64,000 nt of DNA, taken from positions 3,066,525 through 3,130,524 of the forward strand of contig OZ241380.1 of assembly GCA_965200765.1 (NCBI GenBank). The letters are read 5' to 3'. This DNA is from Arenicellales bacterium. GTDB taxonomy: Bacteria; Pseudomonadota; Gammaproteobacteria; Arenicellales; JAJDZL01. Below, one piece after another: positions 39,766 to 49,993 of this stretch; position 1 is the first letter of the stretch, and each line of letters starts with the position of its first letter. Below the pieces are notes generated by a model. That model did no database searches, was not told the DNA's origin, and saw only the letters and a list, made by a program, of their open reading frames with translations. The position numbers and the translations under genes were made by a program.

Positions 39766-40746
39766 CTACTGTGTCTCTTGGCGCTTGGCCCCAAAGGCGC
39801 CGATTACATTCCCTCGTTCGAAGTGCCCACCTACTTCCTGGTGATCGGTTCCATAGAAAGAACCTTCGATCCGGGTGCCGACGAAGCGTCCGTCCCTCAA
39901 CCGAAGACCACTCCAGTTCATAGTATTATACTGTGTGTTAGTATTATCCAGATTCCGCACGTTCGAGAATCTTACATCGACCGTAGGAGTTGCACTGATT
40001 TCCACGTCAATATTGGCATCTCCGTGGATCATGCCCGCGGTCGAAGGGGAGTAGTCAATGCCTACCATGGAACCTCGCCAAGTTGCGCTGGATATTGGAT
40101 TCACCACTGCCGGGTCGCGTCCATATGAATACGAGGCAGCCCCCACTCCATCCAATCGAGATCCTTGATAGAATCCGTACGCCTCGACTCCAAATAGACT
40201 ATCTTTCAGAATGCCCCCGAGCGTCAATGCCCTGACACCAACGGATGTCGAAGAACCTGGAAGGCGATAACCCGGAAGTTGAGAACGTGCCTGCCAAACG
40301 GCGACTCCATTCTTGGTGAATAACCGCGTGTATACTGCGCGCCTATCAAGTTCGATTGCGGCCGGGTCTATAATATCCAATGACACTACATTGCCACCTG
40401 AACTGCATGCACGTCGATTGCAAGTCGTGGCATTGCGTCTGAATCCGGTGGTGGCGTCATTCGTCAATACAGCACTCATGATGAAACGATCCGCACCGTT
40501 CCTTATACCCCTGGCCAGCGCCTTTGTCTGTTCCAAGGTGAGTTCCGGTACGGCGCCCTGTGCGACTGATCGAGCCTGCGAGACGCTCCTGACTTGCCAC
40601 TTATCGTAATTGGTTACACTGAGTGCAACATTACCACGTGGTTGTTGCGAGCCGCCTACAGACGGCTGTTGCCCCCCCCCCCCACCGCATGCGGCCAGCA
40701 CTGCAAGCAACATCGCTGCGATGGCGAATTTAACGATTATTCTCAT
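39766..40746 (-). CDS. surface lipoprotein with TbpB-like C-terminal beta-barrel
   Basis: Lipobox LAAC followed by GGGGG; ATWRGSMVG...IEGSFYGTDHQEVGGHFE...IGAFGAKR; RBS GGAGG. Confidence 0.8.
   Translation of the reverse strand: MRIIVKFAIAAMLLAVLAACGGGGGQQPSVGGSQQPRGNVALSVTNYDKWQVRSVSQARSVAQGAVPELTLEQTKALARGIRNGADRFIMSAVLTNDATTGFRRNATTCNRRACSSGGNVVSLDIIDPAAIELDRRAVYTRLFTKNGVAVWQARSQLPGYRLPGSSTSVGVRALTLGGILKDSLFGVEAYGFYQGSRLDGVGAASYSYGRDPAVVNPISSATWRGSMVGIDYSPSTAGMIHGDANIDVEISATPTVDVRFSNVRNLDNTNTQYNTMNWSGLRLRDGRFVGTRIEGSFYGTDHQEVGGHFERGNVIGAFGAKRQETQ
40672..40683 (-). repeat. G12 homopolymer in the coding strand
   Basis: C12 on the + strand; reads TGC GGT GGG GGG GGG GGG CAA. Confidence 0.9.
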
Positions 40747-41824
40747 TGCATTTTCCTCCATCAGTTGATAATCAGATAAAACATTATGGCACTACCATAC
40801 GTACTAATTCGCCGAAGTCAAGAGAAAGACGCCTCGCGGACTTCTGCCTTCAAAATCGATACCGCTACCCGCGATGCGCGCGGTATCGGTCAATCGTTCC
40901 TGAGCCCTCGCCGCGGGCCTTGTCGATCAGCGTGATTGTATCGTACTGCGCCTTGGCGAGGGTATTGGCGACGCTCTGCACGTTCTTGTATCCTTCGGCG
41001 TTGATGGTGTCATGCACCGCCTAGATGGCCCGCCGTATGCGGCCGGCGGTATCCTTCTGTCGGGTGGAATAATCGATCCATTCTTCGGCTGCCAGCAGCA
41101 TGCCGCGGGCCAGGTCGTGGTCCAGCGAGGTGTGGTTGCCCCGCAGGAATTCGTCCAGGTCGGCGATCTCCGCGCGGTATTCCTGGCACTGCCGGGCCGG
41201 CGGATTGGCGTTGGACAAATTGGGGTTGATCTTGTCGATGAATGCGATTAGCATCTTAATCTCCTATGAAAGATACCCCCGACGCCTGCGCATACTGCGC
41301 ACTCGGAACCAGATCCGGCAATATGATTGGGCATACCTGCCGGCATTCAGATTAGACTCCTATGACGGACTTGAAGGAAACTATTTTCTATTTGTATTCA
41401 TATTAGAAAAAATGGGATAAAAAAGCAACTTCAGCTAGTACCTATATTGGTTAATTTGTTGAACAGTAGTGAATATTACTTGAATAATAATGTAACAGAT
41501 TTGATATTAGGCAAATTAGTTGATGCTAAAGAGTTGAATGAAGAAATTGAATTCACACAGCAACAATTTAGCACAGCTGAAAATGAAATTAACAATTGGG
41601 CAAAGAAACGCAAGGTAAGTGTCGGATACTGACGAATTGTGGGTTGCTTAATTAAATTTGGTTGACGTCATACTCTATACACTTCAATTTTCATTAAAAA
41701 TAGTTTACTGATATCGCCTAGAAATCCGTTTGTGAGGAGGCAATCTGTATTTTGGCAAAAAGCACAGAGAATTTAACACTATCCAACCATCTTACTGGTA
41801 GTGGACGATGGCCGTACTTGTTTG

Positions 41825-42106
41825 TTACTCGTCCAAATTCTGTTTTGTCGAAATGAGAATGGTGAACCCAAATTGAGCCTTAACCTCGCTCGCATAACTC
41901 ACCGTATACTTCGGTGCATTTCTAGTGTCGGTATCTTGAATACCATGGACATTCAAATTGATAGTATTGAAATTGGATTCAGGATTCATCAGTGTTTCAA
42001 ACTGACAACGAATCTCTCCATTTTTCACTGAGCAAATTCCAATCTGACAGATGCTCCCTGGACTTTGGATGGCTGTTTATTTCTCAATTGCGTTGAATGT
42101 CACCAT
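41825..42106 (-). pseudogene. DEDDh 3'-5' exonuclease (epsilon-like) pseudogene
   Basis: MVTFNAIEK*TAIQSPGSICQIGI...LMNPE...VHGI...APKY; ExoI motif destroyed by a stop. Confidence 0.65.
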
Positions 42107-42269
42107 AACGGAATTCCAAAACGTAGTCGTTTAGTGATACTACTCATTGGCGGAAAGTGACTAACTTTAACAATTCACGTTCCAAGCACGCGATACTGGA
42201 CGGGTTATATTGCAGGTTAGCGGACCGAGTTGAGTGATTGAGCCAATTTCTCATTGCTTCGACTTACAT

Positions 42270-42490
42270 GCAATAGTTTCTCTTCGGCAGGTAGCCGCAA
42301 ACTCACCGCGTGCTAATAGTCAACCCGCCGGACATCAACACGCGCATAATAAAACTCTCCATGATATTTTCCTCTCTCAGGGACCTCCAAGCCGAGTTTT
42401 AGCAAGAATCCTCTGAGCATGCTGAAAATATCGAATTTTGACACGCAACCCTATGCGGGTGGTTGCGTGTCGCCCCCTGAAGCCGGATTG
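42270..42490 (-). mobile_element. IS21-family left-end relic
   Basis: Same hairpin, TCAGCATGCTCAG and GGAGG layout as 18573-18700, then MESFIMRVLMSGGLTIS. Confidence 0.55.
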
Positions 42491-42899
42491 ACACGAAGGA
42501 AACGACTCGTGCAAAGGACTAGTATGATTGGGGACGGCTAAGGCAAGTGGAAATAGACAGCTGACAACCGTCATCATCGTTGTTCATCATCATCTGCAAC
42601 CAATACTATGTATTCTGGTTGCGGTGCGGGTTTTTCAATTGCTCAAGACACTGGAGTGTCTTGGCAATCAAAGGGTCCAAGGTTAGATTCATGCCAAAAA
42701 CTCGGATTTCAGATGAACGAATGAATCAAATCATATATCATATTGTTTTTATTCAATTATTTTTCAATATACGAATTGCTGAGCACAAGAAATTGAAATT
42801 CTTTGGCTAAACCATTCTAACTACATTGAACTGTTCTGAAAAGTTGTAGTACAATACAGGTTAATGGTCTGTTTGAGCATACTGGCGAGGATAATTCAA

Positions 42900-43289
42900 A
42901 TGCAACAGAAATCTTCTAAAAATTTTGAACGGACACAGAAGAATTCGGCTTATGAGGCTTGTCTGAAACAGTTGCAGAATATTAATCAAGAAGCGATTGA
43001 AGAAAATTATCCTGAAATTTCCGATGAATCGATCGCATTAGCTAAGAGCATACTTTATAAGTTATGCGACTTTTCAATAGATCCCGTAGTGTATCCTTCG
43101 ATGTATGGTGATGTATCAATATATTTTAAGTCGGAATCCAAGCCAGCAGCTGTCTTGGTACGTGTAGTTAGCGATCAATGTGTGGTGTGTCATTCGTCAA
43201 TAAATGGTGAAAATAAAGAAAAAATTTATAATGAGCCTTCGGAGATACCAGATGAATTTATGAAAAATCAACTTCAAGCGTTATTGTAA
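42900..43289 (+). CDS. hypothetical protein
   Basis: 129-aa ORF with RBS GAGG; no motif recognised. Confidence 0.55.
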   Translation: MQQKSSKNFERTQKNSAYEACLKQLQNINQEAIEENYPEISDESIALAKSILYKLCDFSIDPVVYPSMYGDVSIYFKSESKPAAVLVRVVSDQCVVCHSSINGENKEKIYNEPSEIPDEFMKNQLQALL

Positions 43290-43532
43290 CGATTTGCACT
43301 GCTACCAACAATCAACAAGTTCCAGTTAATTGTATGGGTGTTTTTTCAAGCAGACAAGCAAGAAGAGCCAGAAAAGAAAGTGTGCCTCCAGAGGTGTTTT
43401 GGGAGTGAATTGGGGTCGATAGAATTTCTGCTAATCGCCTAGGTTGTACTTCTTTGTCTGCCTCGGTTCCAATTGTTCAGCATCGGACCTTGAACAATTC
43501 CCATTAACACCCCTCAAGTACAATACGCTTCA

Positions 43533-44399
43533 TCAACTGAGTTCCTTTAGCGTGGCCATTAATTCTTCAATTGTCTCGTCTCCTGGCCATGTTCCAAAGA
43601 TGTCTCTGATGTTGAATGATTGAGCGCGAATTTCCTCCGTTTTACTGAACAGTGGATGAATTTCCGGTAATTCTTCAAATAGCTCGTCTCCCTCCGAGCG
43701 AGCACAAATTTTTCTGGCTTCAATAATTCTTGGCTTGCCATCAACTTTGAAATGAACCATTCCCTCAATGGTTGCCGGTTTCCCCCAAAAATGGCGTAGA
43801 TCTTCTATATCCAATGATTCTGGTTGCAATCTTCCAAAAATTTTTGAATTTGGGTCTATTGAGAGGTAAAAATATCGACCCTTGTAGTTGGTCTGGTCAA
43901 GTCGACCGCTCACAATGAAGGTTTGCGGTCTAGGTATTGATTGTTTTAGATTACTCAATTTCTGATATACCGTTTTGTTCCAAGTGAATTTACCACGCGC
44001 CAACCCCTGAGGTATTAGTTCAAGCCGGACTTCCCCTTTATGTGTGAGTCGCCCTAGCTTTCTCATCGCCTCAAGAACATAACCATCGTAATATTCACCA
44101 GTTGAATTGTCATTCCCAGCATCTTCAATAGAATAAGCAACCAAATCTAGTGCTGTGTCTTCCAAGCCTGGAGGATTTAGCCAAAAATCTTCCGGTGCAA
44201 AAATATTTTTTGTAGTATCTCGCAACAATGGAGCTTTGAATTGAATGACCGTAGAGCCTTGGGTCAGCCCTGTCACAGTAAAATTTGTTGATTCAGCTAA
44301 CCAACTTGGATTTCCACCTACACGACTACCGCTTCCGAATGAAAGCAATCGTGTAACACTCTCCGCAGTTTTGCACAGTGTGAGTAAAATACTTGCCAA
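43533..44399 (-). CDS. hypothetical protein (start uncertain)
   Basis: 288+ aa open frame extending upstream toward a GGAGG near 44480; ends GTWPGDETIEELM. Confidence 0.6.
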   Translation of the reverse strand: MASILLTLCKTAESVTRLLSFGSGSRVGGNPSWLAESTNFTVTGLTQGSTVIQFKAPLLRDTTKNIFAPEDFWLNPPGLEDTALDLVAYSIEDAGNDNSTGEYYDGYVLEAMRKLGRLTHKGEVRLELIPQGLARGKFTWNKTVYQKLSNLKQSIPRPQTFIVSGRLDQTNYKGRYFYLSIDPNSKIFGRLQPESLDIEDLRHFWGKPATIEGMVHFKVDGKPRIIEARKICARSEGDELFEELPEIHPLFSKTEEIRAQSFNIRDIFGTWPGDETIEELMATLKELS

Positions 44400-45067
44400 T
44401 TCTTTCGAACTGATTTCTCCTCGCTCAGCCCGGAGTCCTTTAACTTTCAGTTGGTAACTTCTTGTTTCTAGTTCAGAATCCTCCTAGGTCAAAATCTCAT
44501 TTGTTGATCACAGATTGATTAACAAATTGAAACAACGTTCTCCAGTGAATATAGCTACGTCACTCACACCAACCATGAGTCTGTTGAGTTATTTCATGAC
44601 ACGACTGTCCAATTGTGTTGCTCACTCACTGTCCTCCAAAATCTTTGGGAATGATATACTTGGACACGGGCATATCGTTCTGAGCAGACAGCAAACACTA
44701 CTTGTGAACTTCCTTACTCCCGTCCCCGCATCGTAGGGCCGCCATCCCGACACGCCGAGAACATGGAATATACAATAACTGGAATATGGCGTAATGTCAA
44801 CAAAATTTGTCCAATGAGTACTTCATTGTGGAAAATTTTTGAAGGCGAAGTAGCCGATTTGCTAGGCTTGACTAAGGTGTGAAGTCGGATTGAACGGCAA
44901 TTCTGGGGCTTTGTCCCAAATTTTCCATACTACCGGCCGCTGAGGCTAGTCACCCAAAAACTTTCGAGACACAGGAGCTAAGGGCTACGACAAGCTTTTG
45001 CTTATACCAAGTAGGTAGTTTATATAATGAAACCGATTTAATCACTTTCAATGATGGAACTGTACCC

Positions 45068-46117
45068 ATGGCAAGGAGTGACCTTATCGTAGAATTGGTA
45101 AGGGCAGGCGTAAAAGGCGATGAAGATGCTGTTCGTACTGTAGCCGAAAAACTGGCCGCTGACGAAAGAGCAAAACGCCACGGCGTTGTGGCAGAGAGAA
45201 TTACCAAGGCACTGAATTCTGCTTCGCGACCAGCTGGAAGTGGAAATGGCAGAAACGGAGCATTGCGTGTACGTGACGATAGCGGTGGGATTTCCAGGCG
45301 AGAGCCGAACCGGCAATTGGATGATCTTTATCTTGCCAAGAAAGTTCGCACAGCGCTCGACGAGTTCATTGAAGAGCAAAGGCGAGCTGATATCTTGCGC
45401 ACACACGGTATTGAACCGCGGCATCATCTATTGCTAGTAGGTCCGCCGGGCAACGGAAAAACTTCACTTGCGGAATGCATTGCGTACGAACTGGTTTTGC
45501 CGCTTTTTACGATACGCTATGAAACTGTGGTCACCAGTTATTTGGGAGAAACAGCTCAACGTCTCCGCAGAGTATTCGATTATGTTCGAACTGAACCTTG
45601 CGTACTATTTTTCGACGAGTTTGATGCAATTGGGAAGGAGCGGGGCGATCTGCATGAGACTGGCGAAATTAAACGAGTCGTGACAACCCTGTTGCTCCAG
45701 TTGGATGATTTACCGTCTTACTGCATACTGGTTGGTGCAACCAACCATCCCGAATTGCTCGATCGGGCCTCTTGGAGGCGATTTGAATTGTCATTGGAAA
45801 TTTCCGCTCCGTCCAGTGATCAAATGACAACATACTTCGCGGATTGGTTGCGTACGCTTGGCCATGTTGGCCATAGTAGCAGGGCAACAGTGAATTCGCT
45901 TCGAAAACAAGTAAATCCAAGCAGTTTTTCCGAGGCGGAAGAATTTTTCAAGGGTATTCAACGTACGTTGATATTGAGCCAAGGCACCTGCTCAATTCAA
46001 TCGATATTGAAAAACAAGGTACAAACTTGGGAAACTGGGAATTACAAATTTGATGGCTTGAATTCTGATGACAGAAAGGCCGATACGGCAAGTGACCGTC
46101 CTGGAATCTGTGATTGA
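45068..46117 (+). CDS. AAA+ ATPase, IetA-like (second paralogue)
   Basis: GPPGNGKT, SYLGETA, LFFDEFD, HETGEIKRVV and LDRASWRRF motifs. Confidence 0.88.
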   Translation: MARSDLIVELVRAGVKGDEDAVRTVAEKLAADERAKRHGVVAERITKALNSASRPAGSGNGRNGALRVRDDSGGISRREPNRQLDDLYLAKKVRTALDEFIEEQRRADILRTHGIEPRHHLLLVGPPGNGKTSLAECIAYELVLPLFTIRYETVVTSYLGETAQRLRRVFDYVRTEPCVLFFDEFDAIGKERGDLHETGEIKRVVTTLLLQLDDLPSYCILVGATNHPELLDRASWRRFELSLEISAPSSDQMTTYFADWLRTLGHVGHSSRATVNSLRKQVNPSSFSEAEEFFKGIQRTLILSQGTCSIQSILKNKVQTWETGNYKFDGLNSDDRKADTASDRPGICD

Positions 46118-46450
46118 ATCGAGTTGCGAGCTCATCCACGTATTGCTGAAGAGATCTTCCGGAAACACTTTGACAGGTGCTGATGATGTTGTGTTTGAAG
46201 TTGTAGATGACCGTGTGTAGCGAAGGCCGCCGCTCATTCACCTCTTCAGGCGGCATGGCCTTCGCCGCATGCTGATAATCAGCCCGTCGGCTTTCAACAT
46301 GTGTATATCAGTAGTCTCCACGAAATTCTTCATCTCTCAGGGACCTCCCTGTGTCAGCAAAAAAATCCCTGAGCATACTGATAATGTCGATTTTTGGCAC
46401 GCAACCTCGATGGCATGGTTGCGTGCCAAACTCTGAAACTGGGAACTTTT
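46070..46450 (-). mobile_element. IS21 left-end relic joined to an IS1595 3' relic
   Basis: Hairpin, RBS and IHMLKADGLIIS (IS21-like) at 46270-46450; LHTVIYNFKHNI...SLQQYVDELATRFNHRF (IS1595-like) at 46070-46260. Confidence 0.62.
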
Positions 46451-46867
46451 ACCGCGGAATACTCAGTACTTATTCAGGCAATCTGGTGCTAAAGCTGTAC
46501 GAACACTTCTATCGCTAGGTCAGACCGATTCAGTCGCTACTCAACAGAATGCTGAACAAACATGTCTGATGTCAAGAGTGGTTGCATGAGTTTTTTGTAT
46601 GTGAAAAGAAATGTTTCTTGGACACGCAGAATTCTTGCTCCACAAAGTCGCAAAAAATTACTGGTGGTCCACGAGGCAAGCTCGGATCTACCCTTCGCTA
46701 TCCCATATTCAACCTTTAGTCGACTTGAATCGTCATAGCGAAGTGCCGGCATGGAATCAATTGCACAACAAATTGGACAGAGTATAAGTCAGCAAGAGTT
46801 TTCATGCCTTGTGGGTGAGAAAATCGCGTATCATGTCTGTTTTCAACAATTAAAATTCGGAGGAGCC

Positions 46868-47455
46868 ATGAAACCAAACAAGCCATCTCCCGAAGAGGTA
46901 TCGAAGTACCTTAAGAAGTGGGCTGTGTTGCAAAAAAATGATTATGTGCCGAAGGAGAGCTATCTGATGGGACTGTTTTCTAAGTTTCCCAATAATGTTC
47001 GTTTAAGTGTTGTTTTGTTTAAAGCCAAGTCGCTGAACGAACGATACAAAACGAGAATTTCTTCATCACACATTGAACTCGTAGCCAAGCACATAGTTGA
47101 TCTGAGTATCGATCAGCGCCTCGCAAACCGGGATCTGACTCTTGTGAACGATATTGCCGACAACAAGAAGACCAAAAGAAATTACTCGTTTGCCGCTAAG
47201 TACTGCAGCTTTCATTATCCGGAGGGCTATCCAATCTATGATAGCATTGTAGATGAGGTGCTTCGGCACTTCAATCAGGAGGACGATTTCTCCTATTTCA
47301 CAAAGGACAATCTCAAAGATTATCCGACTTTCCATGAAGTTCTAATGACGTTCATAAAGGTCTATGGACTGGAAAAATTCAAACTCAAAGAGATTGACCA
47401 CTACCTATGGCTGGTGGGCAAGGACCTGAAAGAGTGCAAGACTCAAGGTAAATGA
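46868..47455 (+). CDS. conserved hypothetical protein
   Basis: RBS GGAGGAG; NYSFAAKYCSFHYPEGYPIYDSIV and KEIDHYLWLVGK look like conserved motifs; function unknown. Confidence 0.7.
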   Translation: MKPNKPSPEEVSKYLKKWAVLQKNDYVPKESYLMGLFSKFPNNVRLSVVLFKAKSLNERYKTRISSSHIELVAKHIVDLSIDQRLANRDLTLVNDIADNKKTKRNYSFAAKYCSFHYPEGYPIYDSIVDEVLRHFNQEDDFSYFTKDNLKDYPTFHEVLMTFIKVYGLEKFKLKEIDHYLWLVGKDLKECKTQGK

Positions 47456-47729
47456 AACTGGTGAATTTACCATACCGTTTTCAACTGTAAGAGCCTATAT
47501 GGATTGACCTGTTCTGTGACTTGGAAGCATGATGTGCCTTCAGGTTCGGTAAACAACCAAAACGGCTAGCGCCACAGGAGACAGGTCATGAGTACAGCAA
47601 GGATTTTGCATGACTGGATGTGCATTAGCATACGAAATCGATGCTGGCTAGGGTTGGAAGAAAGATCATTCAAGCCGGAAAGTTACCAAAGCAATTGGAA
47701 GATGTAGTCAGCTAGTCTATAAATCTGGA

Positions 47730-49643
47730 GTGGAGCCCCCGACAATTGTGAAACCTTGTGAATTCAACGACAATCAGCGTAAGGCAATAGAATGGGGCGA
47801 TGGACCTCTAATGGTAGTGGCAGGTCGAGGTTCTGGAAAAACTCTTGTACTTACGCATCGTATTGTGCGCTTGCTAGAGCAAAGCCATGGAGACAACTAC
47901 AAAATTCTAGTGTTGACGTTCACGAACAAAACGGCCGCTGAAATTCGTAGTCGGATTACTGAATTACTGCCAAATTCTGAACAAAGAATAAAGGTGACTA
48001 CATATCACTCTTTTGCGGCGGACTTACTAAGACAGCACGGTCATCATATAAATATAAAGCCAGATTTTACAATTCTGCCGTATTATGCAGATCGAATTGC
48101 TGTAATGGACGATGCAATATTGGCGGTAAGCAACGGAAAAATAAACCGTTCTAGCAGTGATATTCTTCCCCTAATGACCCAACTTGTTGATTACAACATC
48201 TCGCCCGAGCAGTCAATTCACTTTCTTGAAGGTAAATTCAGTGATGCTGAGTTGCTTGCGAGCATTTACGCGACCTATCGTTCGTTAATGAACAAATCCA
48301 ATATGCTGGACTATCCCACAATAATTGCAGAAACGCTTGAACTATTCAAGAAACTACCTGTAATAACAAAATTGATCTATTCTATCTACCCGCATGTATG
48401 CGTAGACGAATGTCAAAAATTTAATTATGGACAATTCGAAGTTCTTCGCAATGTAGTAAATCCAGAGACGAAGAATCTTTTTATAGCGGCAGATAGCAGT
48501 CAAATAATTTATCAGTGGAATGGTGTAAATTCAAATCTGCCTCGAGATTTGAATAGTGAATTCGGTATGAATGTGATACTGCTGCCAGATAACTATCGAT
48601 GTCCACCAGAGATTGTTGAATGTGCAAATAAACTTATATCCAATAGCACTGTCAATTATGGGAATATAGGTCTTTCGATTGCTCGTAGGTCAACAAAAAT
48701 AACACAAATAGTTCGAGTTCAAAATTTCTCTAATTTTAATGAAGAGGTGAAGTGGGTTGCTGAAGACATCATGAAGCAACAATCAAAATCCCATGGCAGT
48801 TTTGTTGTTCTTGCACGTACGAATAGACTTCTTACTACCGCTGTCGAGGCATTGAATCGTTCTGGTGTTGGAGGATTTACGGGAGTTCAAAAATTGGAGT
48901 TTGATAGTGAACCGATGAAGTGGCTACACAATATATTACACCTTGCAAATTCTAGAAACAACAAGGAGTATTTACGAATTGTTTGCGAGTCATTTAGTGC
49001 AATAGAAGAAGTCGATATTGATGTAGAAAGCATCGTTTCTCAAGCAAATGCAGAGAAACTTGATTTTCTTCGAGCTTGGAGGACGGAAATTCTAAATACC
49101 AATAATTTGTCTGACGCTGCTAGAAGTGTCGTAGGTATTTCACTAGTGAATTTGATCGATCATTTGAATTACGAGACGTTTAGTGAAACCGCACTCGAGT
49201 GGCTTGACACAATATATTCTGTTTCCAAGTTTGAACAACAACTCAACGAATACGACGAAGAGAAGAAAACTTGGATTGAACTAGAAACTGATTTTATAGT
49301 GAGCAATCAGAATTTATCCTTGAACAGCTTCCTACAGCAATTGGACCATCGCCCAAAGTACTCAACGCCACCTGAAAGTGCTGTACCCTGTTATACGATT
49401 CATTCATCTAAAGGAATGGAATTTGATCATGTCTATTTGATTGGCATGGTAGAAAATCATTTTCCGTGTTGGCAAGCAATCAACAAGGGTGAAGATAGTC
49501 AGGAGATGGTGGAAGAACGCAGGAACTGTTATGCGGCAATCACTCGAGCTCAGCAAATAGTTACTCTCACTCATTCAGAAGAAACAAAGGGAAGTATCAC
49601 CGAGGCCTCTCGATTTTTACAAGAAATGGAGCTGTTAGAGTGA
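47730..49643 (+). CDS. UvrD/Rep (SF1) helicase with several non-canonical motifs
   Basis: AGRGSGKT, LTFTNK, VDECQK, NYRC, LARTN, TIHSSKGMEFDHV and EERRNCYAAITRA motifs. Confidence 0.88.
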   Translation: MEPPTIVKPCEFNDNQRKAIEWGDGPLMVVAGRGSGKTLVLTHRIVRLLEQSHGDNYKILVLTFTNKTAAEIRSRITELLPNSEQRIKVTTYHSFAADLLRQHGHHINIKPDFTILPYYADRIAVMDDAILAVSNGKINRSSSDILPLMTQLVDYNISPEQSIHFLEGKFSDAELLASIYATYRSLMNKSNMLDYPTIIAETLELFKKLPVITKLIYSIYPHVCVDECQKFNYGQFEVLRNVVNPETKNLFIAADSSQIIYQWNGVNSNLPRDLNSEFGMNVILLPDNYRCPPEIVECANKLISNSTVNYGNIGLSIARRSTKITQIVRVQNFSNFNEEVKWVAEDIMKQQSKSHGSFVVLARTNRLLTTAVEALNRSGVGGFTGVQKLEFDSEPMKWLHNILHLANSRNNKEYLRIVCESFSAIEEVDIDVESIVSQANAEKLDFLRAWRTEILNTNNLSDAARSVVGISLVNLIDHLNYETFSETALEWLDTIYSVSKFEQQLNEYDEEKKTWIELETDFIVSNQNLSLNSFLQQLDHRPKYSTPPESAVPCYTIHSSKGMEFDHVYLIGMVENHFPCWQAINKGEDSQEMVEERRNCYAAITRAQQIVTLTHSEETKGSITEASRFLQEMELLE

Positions 49644-49993
49644 TTTGGCTGTTCTGGTTCGATGTATTGAAAAAGTAAAACTTTCATAAGGTGAAGGCAG
49701 GTACGATTCTATGCCGCGTACTGTCCTCGGTCGAATCTCTGCGTGTCAGTATCATCGCCTTCAATCGTGCAGACATCATCGCTTGCAATATGAGCCGGCA
49801 TCTAGGCTTTCCAATGCACCGACACGCGTCAGACTGCTCGGAACCGCAATAGAATAGTTCTGGAACAGACAAATTTCATCGAAGATTGTTCTGAAGACGT
49901 GCTACAGAGAGTTCGTCATCTTGACTTACAAGAAAGCCATTGCTTTTGGTTCAAAGCTATTCATTCTATTGTTCTGAGTCAATTTGCCAACAT

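Noticed and set aside
41340-41632. Possible DUF3368/PIN-related remnant
   Set aside because: Similarity too weak and fragmented to support a call.
46068-46150. MTERP... as the start of a truncated S8 protease
   Set aside because: The same bases read as IS1595 transposase C-terminus on the minus strand, so the resemblance may be chance.
18594-46430. Hairpins as REP/RAYT elements or intrinsic terminators
   Set aside because: No RAYT/HUH gene and no consistent U-tract; four of five precede an IstA-like start.
32719-49643. OLD-like nuclease plus UvrD as a Gabija system
   Set aside because: The genes are about 13 kb apart on opposite strands; Gabija genes are adjacent.
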